Positions 45,794 to 53,925 of a DNA stretch of 64,000 nt are shown here, in pieces (positions within the stretch are counted from its first letter, which is position 1; each line of letters starts with the position of its first letter). Position numbers and translations under genes: made by a program. Origin of the DNA: Candidatus Cybelea sp. (GTDB lineage Bacteria; Vulcanimicrobiota; Vulcanimicrobiia; Vulcanimicrobiales; Vulcanimicrobiaceae); assembly GCA_049585055.1 (NCBI GenBank), contig JBAUYZ010000068.1:15528-79527 (forward strand), in the 5' to 3' direction. The notes below the pieces were generated by a model. That model did not search any database, was not told the origin of the DNA, and saw only the letters and a list, made by a program, of their open reading frames with translations.

Positions 45794-47554
45794 GTGATGA
45801 ACCAAACGATGGCGCCGGAAGAGCTGAGCTACGGCATCGACGTCACCGGGCTCGATCCCGCGTCGCTGACCGATGCGCTTCGGGCGGTGATCGCCGACGT
45901 GATGATGGATCCGATGCGGATGAGCACCTGGCTCGCCGGCTTCGCACTCGCGGAACAGAACGTCGGGCTGCGAATGCTGCAGCGTTTGAGCGGGATGCCG
46001 TCCTTCGACAGCGGCCCCTTCGACGGGCTCAGGAGCCGCGCTCAGGATGACAAGGTCTCAGACAAACGGTTCGCGGATGCGGAGTGGAGCAGCAATCCAT
46101 TTCTGGCCGGGCTGGTGGAAGATTACAAGGCGCGTACGCAGGCGGCTCTGCAGCTGGTCGATTCCGCGCGGCTGCCCGAGGCGACGCGCCGTAAGGCGCG
46201 CTTCGCGATGCAGCTCATGTGCGACGCCGTTGCGCCGAGCAACGTGCCGTGGATAAACCCGGGCGTCGTCAAAGAGGCGACCGAGACCGGCGGTATGAGT
46301 CTCGTACGCGGCTTGCAGAATTTTCTCGACGACGTCAAAAACAACGGCGGGTATCCGCGTCAAGTCGACAAGTCGGGTTTTCGTTTGGGCGAACAACTGG
46401 CGGCGACCCCGGGGCGAGTCGTGATGCGCAACGAGCTGATAGAGCTCATTGCCTACGAGCCGCAGACGCCGCAAGTGCACGAGATCCCGCTGCTCTGCAG
46501 CCCGCCCTGGATCAACAAGTACTACATCATGGATTTGGCTCGGGGGCGCTCGTTCGTCGAGTGGGCCGTGCAACACGGTCATCAGACGTTCATGATCTCC
46601 TACCGGAACCCCGACGAAACGATGTCGCACTACACGATGGATCACTACCTGCGCGAGGGCGTGCTCGCCGCGATCGACGCCGTGCAGGAGATCACCGGAG
46701 CGCCTCAGCTCAACATCACCGCGCTCTGTCTTGGCGGCACGCTCGCGCTGATCGCGATGGCCTACCTTGCGGCGCACGGTCAAGGGAACCGCGTCGCGTC
46801 GGCGACGCTCACCAACACGCTGGTCGATTTCAGCATTCCCGGAGAGCTCGGGGTTTTCACCGACGAGGACACGATCGCGCGCCTCGAAAAACGGATGCGC
46901 GAGCGCGGGTATCTGGAGCCCGCGGAAATGGCGCGGACGTTCGATTGGATGCGTTCGAGCGATTTGATCTGGAGCTACGTCGTGAATAACTGGTTCAAAG
47001 GCAAGCAGCCCTCGGCGTTCGACATTCTGGCTTGGAACAACGATTCGACGCGAATGCCGGTCGAGATGCATTCGGAGTATCTGCGGGCCTGCTACCTGTA
47101 TAACGCAATCGTGAAGCCGGGAGCTTTCGTGATCGGCGACACGCCGATCGATCTGGGAAAGGTCGTCGCGCCGCTCTACGTACTCGGTGCGGAGAACGAC
47201 CATATCGCGCCGTGGCGCGCGACGTATCTGACGACGCAGCACGTCGGCGGCGAGTCGAAATACGTGCTGACCAATGCGGGGCATATCGCCGGCATCGTCA
47301 ATCCTCCCGGCGGCAAGAAGACTTGGCACTACGTAAAGCCGCGGGTTGCGCGGGGCGAGACGGCGGACGAGTGGCTGGAGAGCGCCGACCGCTACCAGGG
47401 CTCGTGGTGGCAGGATTGGGCGGAGTGGGCGCAGACGCACGGCGGCGCGATGCGCGCGCCGTACTCTATCCCGGATGGAGAACCGGCTCCCGGGCGTTAC
47501 GTGGCCAACGAGTCGGGCGACTTGTTCGCACCGCGCATTGAGGCGAAATCATGA
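45794..47554 (+). CDS. phaC: class I poly(R)-hydroxyalkanoate synthase
   Basis: Motifs DKRFADAEWSSNPF, PLLCSPPWINKYYIMDL and FMISYRNPD are present, with a lipase-box-like ALCLGGT carrying the catalytic Cys. The protein is 586 aa. Confidence 0.92.
   Translation: MMNQTMAPEELSYGIDVTGLDPASLTDALRAVIADVMMDPMRMSTWLAGFALAEQNVGLRMLQRLSGMPSFDSGPFDGLRSRAQDDKVSDKRFADAEWSSNPFLAGLVEDYKARTQAALQLVDSARLPEATRRKARFAMQLMCDAVAPSNVPWINPGVVKEATETGGMSLVRGLQNFLDDVKNNGGYPRQVDKSGFRLGEQLAATPGRVVMRNELIELIAYEPQTPQVHEIPLLCSPPWINKYYIMDLARGRSFVEWAVQHGHQTFMISYRNPDETMSHYTMDHYLREGVLAAIDAVQEITGAPQLNITALCLGGTLALIAMAYLAAHGQGNRVASATLTNTLVDFSIPGELGVFTDEDTIARLEKRMRERGYLEPAEMARTFDWMRSSDLIWSYVVNNWFKGKQPSAFDILAWNNDSTRMPVEMHSEYLRACYLYNAIVKPGAFVIGDTPIDLGKVVAPLYVLGAENDHIAPWRATYLTTQHVGGESKYVLTNAGHIAGIVNPPGGKKTWHYVKPRVARGETADEWLESADRYQGSWWQDWAEWAQTHGGAMRAPYSIPDGEPAPGRYVANESGDLFAPRIEAKS
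45999..46052 (+). repeat. REP/MITE-like sequence in frame inside phaC
   Basis: The sequence GTCCTTCGACAGCGGCCCCTTCGACGGGCTCAGGAGCCGCGCTCAGGATGACAAG encodes SFDSGPFDGLRSRAQDDK, just upstream of the conserved DKRF...W..NP motif. Confidence 0.65.
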
Positions 47555-47922
47555 GCGACGATGAAAAGAACGCCGCCGGCGGCGCCTGGCGCAGCCTTGG
47601 CGACTTCATACGCGGCCAGCGGGAGCTGGCGAATCTCTCGATGCGGCAGCTCGCCGAAATCGCGAAGATTTCGAACCCGTATCTGAGCCAGGTCGAACGC
47701 GGCCTCTACAAGCCTTCAGCCGACGTTCTCAAGAACATCGCCAACGCGCTGCAGATCTCGGCCGAGACGATGTACACGCAGGCGGGGCTGCTCGACGACT
47801 CGCCAACCCGCGAAGAGAGCCATCACGGCGTCGAGCATGCGATAAAAATCGATCCGCGCCTTACCACCGACCAGAAAGAAGCGATCATCCGCATCTACCG
47901 GAGCTTCGTCGGAAGAGAGTAG
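47551..47922 (+). CDS. XRE-family HTH protein translationally coupled to phaC
   Basis: ATGA overlap with the phaC stop. The HTH is LSMRQLAEIAKISNPYLSQVERGLYKPSADVLKNIANAL. Confidence 0.8.
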   Translation: MSDDEKNAAGGAWRSLGDFIRGQRELANLSMRQLAEIAKISNPYLSQVERGLYKPSADVLKNIANALQISAETMYTQAGLLDDSPTREESHHGVEHAIKIDPRLTTDQKEAIIRIYRSFVGRE

Positions 47923-47932
47923 TCGTCGTCGA

Positions 47933-48277
47933 TCAAAGGCGCTTTCTACGTCTGCGCGGACGTGATCTGTCGGATTCTTTGATGGCTTGGTATTGCGGAT
48001 AGCCTTCGGCGAGGCGAAGGAGAAGAGCTCGTAATTCTTTGGCTGCCGGGTAGAGCGGGTCGAGCGTGAGAGTACGGACCGCCCGCTGACTCGAAGCGAT
48101 CAGGCCCTCGCGTTCCAAGTTATCGAGCGCTCGCTGTATCGACGAAATGGGCGTACCTGAATGCCTCGAGAGTTCCGCAGGGTAGGTTTCCCCCAGGACA
48201 GCGATGAGGAGGAGGAGCCGCGTGCGCAACTCGCTGCCGAAGATCGACGAGGCGGGAAGATTGGAGGTTCGGTCCAT
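47933..48277 (-). CDS. winged-helix (ArsR/MarR-like) transcriptional regulator
   Basis: The sequence is RTRLLLLIAVLGETYPAELSRHSGTPISSIQRALDNLEREGLIAS. It is divergent from the phasin-like gene. Confidence 0.7.
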   Translation of the reverse strand: MDRTSNLPASSIFGSELRTRLLLLIAVLGETYPAELSRHSGTPISSIQRALDNLEREGLIASSQRAVRTLTLDPLYPAAKELRALLLRLAEGYPQYQAIKESDRSRPRRRRKRL

Positions 48278-48279
48278 AC

Positions 48280-48319
48280 GTATACTGATTAGTATAGCGG
48301 ACTATACTGAGGTGTATAG
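48280..48319. promoter_or_regulatory. operator-like array of GTATA[CG]/CTATAC hexamers
   Basis: Hexamers: GTATAC at 48280, GTATAG at 48292, CTATAC at 48302, GTATAG at 48314. They form the inverted repeats GTATAG-N4-CTATAC and CTATAC-N6-GTATAG. A fifth GTATAC overlaps the -10 element at 48391. Confidence 0.5.
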
Positions 48320-48367
48320 CTATGCTGCCTGAGTACGCAAGTGGAGCAAAATTCGGCATGCCATCAG

Positions 48368-48397
48368 TTGACAGATGCAGCATGTGCTTGGTATACT
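48368..48397 (+). promoter_or_regulatory. sigma-70-like promoter for the phasin-like gene
   Basis: TTGACA (48368-48373), an 18-nt spacer ending in TGg, then TATACT (48392-48397). Confidence 0.55.
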
Positions 48398-48440
48398 TAG
48401 CACAACCAATAAGGATACCGATGAGGAGAATCAGTTCACC

Positions 48441-48779
48441 ATGGCCGTCAACGTTTCAGAGTACATGAACAAGTTTCAGCAAGAGAGTCTCGCCGCGATG
48501 AAAGAGACGCAAGAGGCGGGCCTCAAGGCGATGAGCTCGTTCCGCGAGTTCGGCAAGGAGCTCAACGAGAAGCCCGGCACGATGCCGACGTTCGAGAACA
48601 TGCCGACCCCGACCCAGCTCGTCGAGTTCTCGTTCGGCTTCGCCAGCCAGCTGCTCGAGATGCGCAAGACCTTCGCGCTTCGCATCGCCGAGATGATGGT
48701 TGAGACGCAGAAGCAGACCGAGGCAACCTTCAACGCCGCGACGATGGCGAACAAGCCGTCCTCGGCTCCCGTCAAGTAA
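48441..48779 (+). CDS. phasin-like small helical protein
   Basis: A 112-aa Ala/Glu/Lys/Met-rich amphipathic sequence located next to phaC. The ATG at 48441 lies downstream of the predicted promoter, and the track start at 48375 falls inside that promoter. The assignment rests on context rather than a motif. Confidence 0.5.
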   Translation: MAVNVSEYMNKFQQESLAAMKETQEAGLKAMSSFREFGKELNEKPGTMPTFENMPTPTQLVEFSFGFASQLLEMRKTFALRIAEMMVETQKQTEATFNAATMANKPSSAPVK

Positions 48780-48804
48780 ATCGTTCGAGCCCTCTCTATC
48801 GAGC

Positions 48805-48839
48805 GACCGCCCGGCAAACGCCGGGCGGTCTTTTCTTTT
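48805..48839 (+). terminator. intrinsic terminator
   Basis: GACCGCCCGGC-aaac-GCCGGGCGGTC followed by TTTTCTTTT. Confidence 0.85.
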
Positions 48840-48858
48840 GCCCCACGAAGAGCGCGCG

Positions 48859-49749
48859 ATGAACGCGTCAACGACGATCACGATCGGCAACGAGCTCTCC
48901 GTCAAGCGCCTCGGCTACGGGGCGATGCGGCTCTGCGGACCACTGATCATGGGCTGGCCGCAAGATCGCGAGAATGCGCTGCGCGTGCTGCGGCGCGCGA
49001 TCTCACTCGGCGTGAATTTCATCGATACGGCCGATGCGTACGGCCCGCACATCAACGAGGAGCAGATCGCGCAGGCGCTCCATCCGTATCCGAGCGATCT
49101 CGTTATCGCAACCAAGGGCGGCTGCACGCGTCCCGATGGGCGCTGGGAACGTGACGGGCGGCCGGAGCACCTGAAAGAAGCGTGCGAGGGGAGTCTGCGG
49201 CGCTTACGGGTCGATCGCATCGACCTCTATCAGCTCCACGCGGTCGATACGGAGGTTCCGCTCGAAGAACAGGCCGGTGCGTTGAAGGAGCTGCAAGAGG
49301 CCGGGAAGATCCGTTTCGTCGGGCTTTCGAACGTGGATCTGGAGCAGGTGCAGCGAGCGCAGCGCGTCGTGAAGATCGCGTCGGTGCAGAACAACTACAA
49401 CGTCGGCCATCGTCTCAGCGAGCCGGTTCTGGAGTATTGCGAGCGCAACGGGATCGTTTTCATCCCGTACTTTCCGCTCGACGGCGGGGACTTGGCGGAG
49501 GTCGAAATGCTGACCGCAATCGCGCAAGCTCACGGCGCGACGATCTGGCAGGTCGGGTTGGCGTGGCTGCTCGCGCACTCGCCGGCGTTGGCGCCGATAC
49601 CGGGAACGTCGTCGCTCGATCATCTCGAGGAGAACGTCGCTGCGTCGGCATTAAAGCTGAGTGACGAGGAGGTGGCGATGCTCGATGCGCCCTTCGCCCT
49701 TCGTCCTTCGTCCTTCGACTCGCTGACGCTCGCTCAGGATGACACGTGA
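48859..49749 (+). CDS. aldo/keto reductase
   Basis: Motifs GYGAMRL, IDTADAYG, LVIATKGG and LRRLRVDRIDLYQLH are present. The C-terminal sequence APFALRPSSFDSLTLAQDDT and the stop codon are encoded by the repeat. Confidence 0.88.
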   Translation: MNASTTITIGNELSVKRLGYGAMRLCGPLIMGWPQDRENALRVLRRAISLGVNFIDTADAYGPHINEEQIAQALHPYPSDLVIATKGGCTRPDGRWERDGRPEHLKEACEGSLRRLRVDRIDLYQLHAVDTEVPLEEQAGALKELQEAGKIRFVGLSNVDLEQVQRAQRVVKIASVQNNYNVGHRLSEPVLEYCERNGIVFIPYFPLDGGDLAEVEMLTAIAQAHGATIWQVGLAWLLAHSPALAPIPGTSSLDHLEENVAASALKLSDEEVAMLDAPFALRPSSFDSLTLAQDDT

Positions 49750-49817
49750 GACGCTCGCTCAGGATGACACGGGGGGCTACGCTCGTGATGACACGGGGGC
49801 TACGCTCGCGATGACAG
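49688..49817 (+). repeat. REP/MITE-like compound element (CCTTCG x4, then about 4 GCTC[AG][GT]GATGACA units)
   Basis: Read directly from the sequence. It fills the whole convergent gap between the AKR gene and PE5. Confidence 0.85.
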
Positions 49818-49820
49818 GTG

Positions 49821-51281
49821 TTACTGGGTGTCGGGGGGGTCGGTCGAGAGGGGTTGGTGTAGGAAGTATGGTTGCGGGTACTTTGACGGGATCACTTTGA
49901 ACTTGCGCGGGGGCATGCTGAAGTTGAAGGCGGTGCCGATGCTGGTGGAACGCGCGTCGTTGCGGCCGAGCGTGCCGAGGTTCCAGTTGTCTTCGATGAA
50001 GTGAAGGATGCTGCCGAACTCGTAGACCGTGTGCTCGACGTGCGGTTTGACGTAGGGCGAAACGACGAGCATCGGAACCCGAAATCCCGGGCCACCCTGC
50101 CAGTTTCGCGGGCGGGGCGGAGCGACGTGGTCGTAGAGGCCGCCCCAGTCGTCCCAGACGACGACGACCGCGGTCGAGTTCCAATAGCTGCTCTTGCCGA
50201 TCGCGTTGACGATCGATGCGACCCACGAGGGTCCCGTATCTTTACTCGCGCCGGGATGATCGGAGTTGGGCGTGTTCGGCGTAATCCACGATACCGCCGG
50301 GAGCCGATGCTTGGAGATATCGGTGAAGATGTCGACCGGCGTTCGTGTGACGTTCGTTTGCCACTGCGAGCTGTACCGGACGGCGTGAATGGCGTCGAAG
50401 GCGCTCCAGATGCCGGGCGTATTGCCGCGGCCCGGATCGCTCTTTTCGTACTTTAGAACCTTCACGGCATAAAACTTCCACGAGACGGATTTGGCGTCGA
50501 GCAGATCGCGCAGCGTCGTGTAGGTAAAGCATGGGAAGGGTCCGGCGTAAGGATGGACGGTGCCGTCGCGCTTAATGACTGCCGTGACGAGGCGATGCGA
50601 TCCCGTTTTGAGTCCGTCGCAGCCCCACGGGAACCAGGTCGGATTATCGATTAGCGCCTCGTCGGACGAGAGCTTGGTGCCGCCGGCGATGAGCTCTTGA
50701 TGCGCGGTAAAGCTCCCGCTGCCTTGGTCTTGAAAGGTGTGATCGGCCAGAACGTATTGCTTGGCCATGTCCCAATACGGTGCGATGTCGGCCGGATTGA
50801 CGTATTGGTAGGGATAGGTGCATGCGGGCCCGCCGCCGCCGCCGGCACCGATCTGTTCTTTGTCGAATCCGTCCATCTTGTTCTTATCGCGCTCGGTTTG
50901 AAATCCGCTGTAATTATGATTGAGATCTTTTCCGGTTTGCAGTCCAAAGCCGCTCGGAAATCCCACACCGAGCAGACTTACCTCAGTGAGCGGGACCGTG
51001 GTCTCTCGCGGTACGGGCGTGGGACAACCCCAGGATGACGGGATCGGCTCGGCTTTACCGACTTTCGTACCGTCGGCGCCGGGAAACGTCGCGAAGAAGT
51101 TGTCGAAACTGCGGTTCTCCTGAATGACGATGATGACGTGCGCGATCGGCGTGCTCGCCGCGGCGTCGCGCATTGCGGGAAGCACCGTGCTTCCTTGGGA
51201 GAACTTGCTGCCCGAGCAAGCGAGGACGCCGCCGGCTACGCCGGCAAGGAGAAGCAAAAAGCTCGCGCGGGGTGGTCTCAT
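49821..51281 (-). CDS. phosphoesterase-family lipoprotein (PF04185), PE5
   Basis: Lipobox VLACSG is present, with IAHVIIVIQENRSFDNFF, NSDHP, GPSWVASIVNAIG, VVWDDWGGLYDHVAPP and FRVPMLVVSPYV. It is most similar to PE1. Confidence 0.9.
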   Translation of the reverse strand: MRPPRASFLLLLAGVAGGVLACSGSKFSQGSTVLPAMRDAAASTPIAHVIIVIQENRSFDNFFATFPGADGTKVGKAEPIPSSWGCPTPVPRETTVPLTEVSLLGVGFPSGFGLQTGKDLNHNYSGFQTERDKNKMDGFDKEQIGAGGGGGPACTYPYQYVNPADIAPYWDMAKQYVLADHTFQDQGSGSFTAHQELIAGGTKLSSDEALIDNPTWFPWGCDGLKTGSHRLVTAVIKRDGTVHPYAGPFPCFTYTTLRDLLDAKSVSWKFYAVKVLKYEKSDPGRGNTPGIWSAFDAIHAVRYSSQWQTNVTRTPVDIFTDISKHRLPAVSWITPNTPNSDHPGASKDTGPSWVASIVNAIGKSSYWNSTAVVVVWDDWGGLYDHVAPPRPRNWQGGPGFRVPMLVVSPYVKPHVEHTVYEFGSILHFIEDNWNLGTLGRNDARSTSIGTAFNFSMPPRKFKVIPSKYPQPYFLHQPLSTDPPDTQ

Positions 51282-51422
51282 AACGGGACCTTCGACGCGT
51301 ATCGGGCGCGTGCTGCACGATATTATGATTCAAAGGTGACTTCGGTTACTTGCCCGTGCAGGCTGGGTACGAAGGTCCGCGAAACCGAGGCAGACGCATC
51401 CCGGCTCTTTGGTGAGGTAAGC

Positions 51423-52580
51423 ATGGTTTATCTGAACAAAATTGCGATGTCGTTCATCGCAGGCTCGCTGCTCGTCTTGACGGCGTGTAACGCGCACAGC
51501 ATTCCGTCGACGGCTACGTCGATGTCGTCGTTTTCGTCGGCCGACTCATCGGTCGTTACGAACGTCGACACGACCTCGATGTTAAAGAAGTTTAAGAAGA
51601 ACGTCCCGATCGGATCGACGGTCGATCCGAAGAACGGCGATATGGGGCCGCGCGGAGCCTCCATCGTCGCTACCGGATTTGGCGGTTTGAAGAAGGGCCA
51701 AGTTCTGAACTGTAATTTCGACGATAAGACCGGTGCCGCCGCTAAGGGCATGACGATCGAAAAACTTGGTCCGAGCCCCGGAAAACCCGCTACGTTTGCG
51801 ACGAATACGAAGATGTTGGGCTGCGCCGACGATTCGGTGAGTCCGGCCAGCGACGACGTGTACGCGGCCGGTTTCGGCAGCGGGCTCATCGTGCAGTTCA
51901 AGCCGAGCGGCAAGGTCGGAAAGACCTGGGGCAAGCCGATGGTACATCCGATCTCGGTTGTGGATGCGGCCTGTACGGGCGGCGTCTCGCACTGCGGCTA
52001 CTCGGCGGAGTACGTTTACGCCAGCGACGCGGCTATCGGGGGCATCGTTTCGTTCAGCGTCAACTTTTACGGAAACCGAAAGGCGACCGAAGTGATCAGC
52101 GGCTTCGCCGTCAACAAGAAGAGCGGTTGGAGCGCGCTCGGGCCGGCCGGCCTTGCCTTCGATTCGAACAAGAAAGGCACGCTCTACGCGGTCGACGGCG
52201 TCGACAACACGGTCGTCACGTTCAACAATGCGACCGAACTGCTCGTCCCCAGTGAAATCGTCGTAAAAAAAGGCGGCAAGACGTTCACTTGCAAGTATCC
52301 CAAGACGACGTGCGGTAAGCTAATCCATGCGGGTGCGCCGCTCAACGCGCCGGTGGCGATGACGCTGCTTCCCAACGGAAATCTGATCGTGGCGAACTCA
52401 AAGGGCGGTAACACGCTGGTAGAACTGACGCCGACGGGTAAGATCCTCGCGACGAAGGTGGTGGACACGAGCACGACGGCGGGTATCTTCGGCCTGCGCG
52501 CTTCCGGAACGAACGACAGCGACACGGTGCTGTACTACACGGATAGGAACGACAACAAACTGCACGAGCTCGAGCAGTAG
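51423..52580 (+). CDS. hypothetical lipoprotein, propeller/NHL-like C-terminal half
   Basis: The ATG follows GGTGAGG. The leader is MVYLNKIAMSFIAGSLLVLTAC. Segments TLYAVDGVDNTVVTF, NGNLIVANSKGGNTLVELTPTG and VLYYTDRNDNKLHELE are present. Confidence 0.65.
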   Translation: MVYLNKIAMSFIAGSLLVLTACNAHSIPSTATSMSSFSSADSSVVTNVDTTSMLKKFKKNVPIGSTVDPKNGDMGPRGASIVATGFGGLKKGQVLNCNFDDKTGAAAKGMTIEKLGPSPGKPATFATNTKMLGCADDSVSPASDDVYAAGFGSGLIVQFKPSGKVGKTWGKPMVHPISVVDAACTGGVSHCGYSAEYVYASDAAIGGIVSFSVNFYGNRKATEVISGFAVNKKSGWSALGPAGLAFDSNKKGTLYAVDGVDNTVVTFNNATELLVPSEIVVKKGGKTFTCKYPKTTCGKLIHAGAPLNAPVAMTLLPNGNLIVANSKGGNTLVELTPTGKILATKVVDTSTTAGIFGLRASGTNDSDTVLYYTDRNDNKLHELEQ

Positions 52581-52581
52581 G

Positions 52582-53841
52582 TTACGGCGTCAAAGCAAAG
52601 ATCGTTCCGTAACCGCGGTGGCCGCCGAAAATGGTGGCGCCGTATAACGCGCCGTTGAGCGTGAGCAGCCCGGGTGCCGGTACCTTGCCGCCCGAATTGC
52701 AGTCGAAGGCATACGCGATGCGTTCGGCACCCGATTGGCTGACTTGAAATACCGTCCCGCCGTCGCTCCCCGAGACGCCGCAGACGTTGCCTCCTGAGGA
52801 GGTACCGTAGAGCATTCCGCCGTCGGCAACCAACGTACCCTGCGGGTAGAGACCGTCGGGCGCTCCTTTGAAGGCATAGAGCACCGACTCGGAACCCGAA
52901 GCACTCGTCTCGAAGACGGTTCCGCAGTTGCATGCCGACCCGCCCTGCGTCGTCGTTCCGTAGAGCCGGCCTTTACGCAGGATCAATCCGCCTGACGGAT
53001 TGCCGCCGTCGGGTCCGCCCCCGAACCGATAGAGCACCGTCTCGTTGCCCGCAGCACTCACTTGGAAGATCGTCCCGCAGTCGTTGCCGCAACCGTTTCG
53101 GCCGCCAAGGTAGGTGGTTCCGTACAGAGTACTGCCGACCGCGAGCAGCGCTCCTTCGGGGAGCGCGCCGTCGTCGCCGCCGGTGAAGCGGTGCAGTACG
53201 CGTTCGTGACCTGCGGTGTCGATTGCGAAGAGCGTGCCGCACCCGTTGGCAAAGAAGTTGCGGCACATTCGGTTTCGTCCGCCGACCCAAGTGACGCCGT
53301 AAAGCGTATGGTCGAGCCGAGTTAGGCCGACGATCGGCGCGACGCCGTCGGAGCCACCTTTGAAACGGTAGAGCACTCGCTCTTGACCGGAGGTCGTGAC
53401 CGAAAAGACAGTTCCGCATCCAGGGATGCCGAACGGAGTCTGCGGGCAGTGGCGCCCTCCGGCGCCGGTCGTTCCATAGAGCGCGCCCTTCACGGCGATA
53501 AGCCCACCGTTAGGCGATCGTCCATCGGAGCCGCCCGCAAAACTATAGATCACGCGCTCCACACCCGAAATGCTGATGGAAAAGATGGTGCCGTCGTCGT
53601 GCGTACCGCCGTGTTGCGTCGTGCCGTAGAGGGCGCCGTTAAATGCGGTGAGCGCACCGGTCGGCGTGGACCCATCTTTGGTCGGGCTCTTGAAGTCGTA
53701 GAGGTTGACGTAGCCGCCGCTCGTTAGCAACCGCGCCGCGGACGAGTCGGCCGAGACGGGTGGAGTTGAGTTCGCGCGATCCGCGCAGCCTCCGAGCATT
53801 ATCGCTGCGACGCAGACGGCGCCGAATCGGAAGGATTGCAT
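52582..53841 (-). CDS. GloVer tandem-repeat lipoprotein (second copy)
   Basis: The ATG at 53841 gives MQSFRFGAVCVAAIMLGGC. About 7 repeats of GCGT(V/I/L)F.(V/I)...G.ERVLY.F.GG.DG..P.G.L....G.LYGTT follow. Confidence 0.8.
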   Translation of the reverse strand: MQSFRFGAVCVAAIMLGGCADRANSTPPVSADSSAARLLTSGGYVNLYDFKSPTKDGSTPTGALTAFNGALYGTTQHGGTHDDGTIFSISISGVERVIYSFAGGSDGRSPNGGLIAVKGALYGTTGAGGRHCPQTPFGIPGCGTVFSVTTSGQERVLYRFKGGSDGVAPIVGLTRLDHTLYGVTWVGGRNRMCRNFFANGCGTLFAIDTAGHERVLHRFTGGDDGALPEGALLAVGSTLYGTTYLGGRNGCGNDCGTIFQVSAAGNETVLYRFGGGPDGGNPSGGLILRKGRLYGTTTQGGSACNCGTVFETSASGSESVLYAFKGAPDGLYPQGTLVADGGMLYGTSSGGNVCGVSGSDGGTVFQVSQSGAERIAYAFDCNSGGKVPAPGLLTLNGALYGATIFGGHRGYGTIFALTP

Positions 53842-53925
53842 GGGGGTCGGTACCTTCGAGCAGACTGCGCGCCGTTCCCCGAGGGGTGCGAAACCCCGGT
53901 CGCGGGTGAGCCGGTCGTTAGCAGT

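Noticed and set aside
46058-47440. A 460-aa minus-strand ORF, plus several nested ORFs, within phaC.
   Set aside because: It is antisense to a motif-rich PHA synthase and has an Arg-rich, low-information translation.
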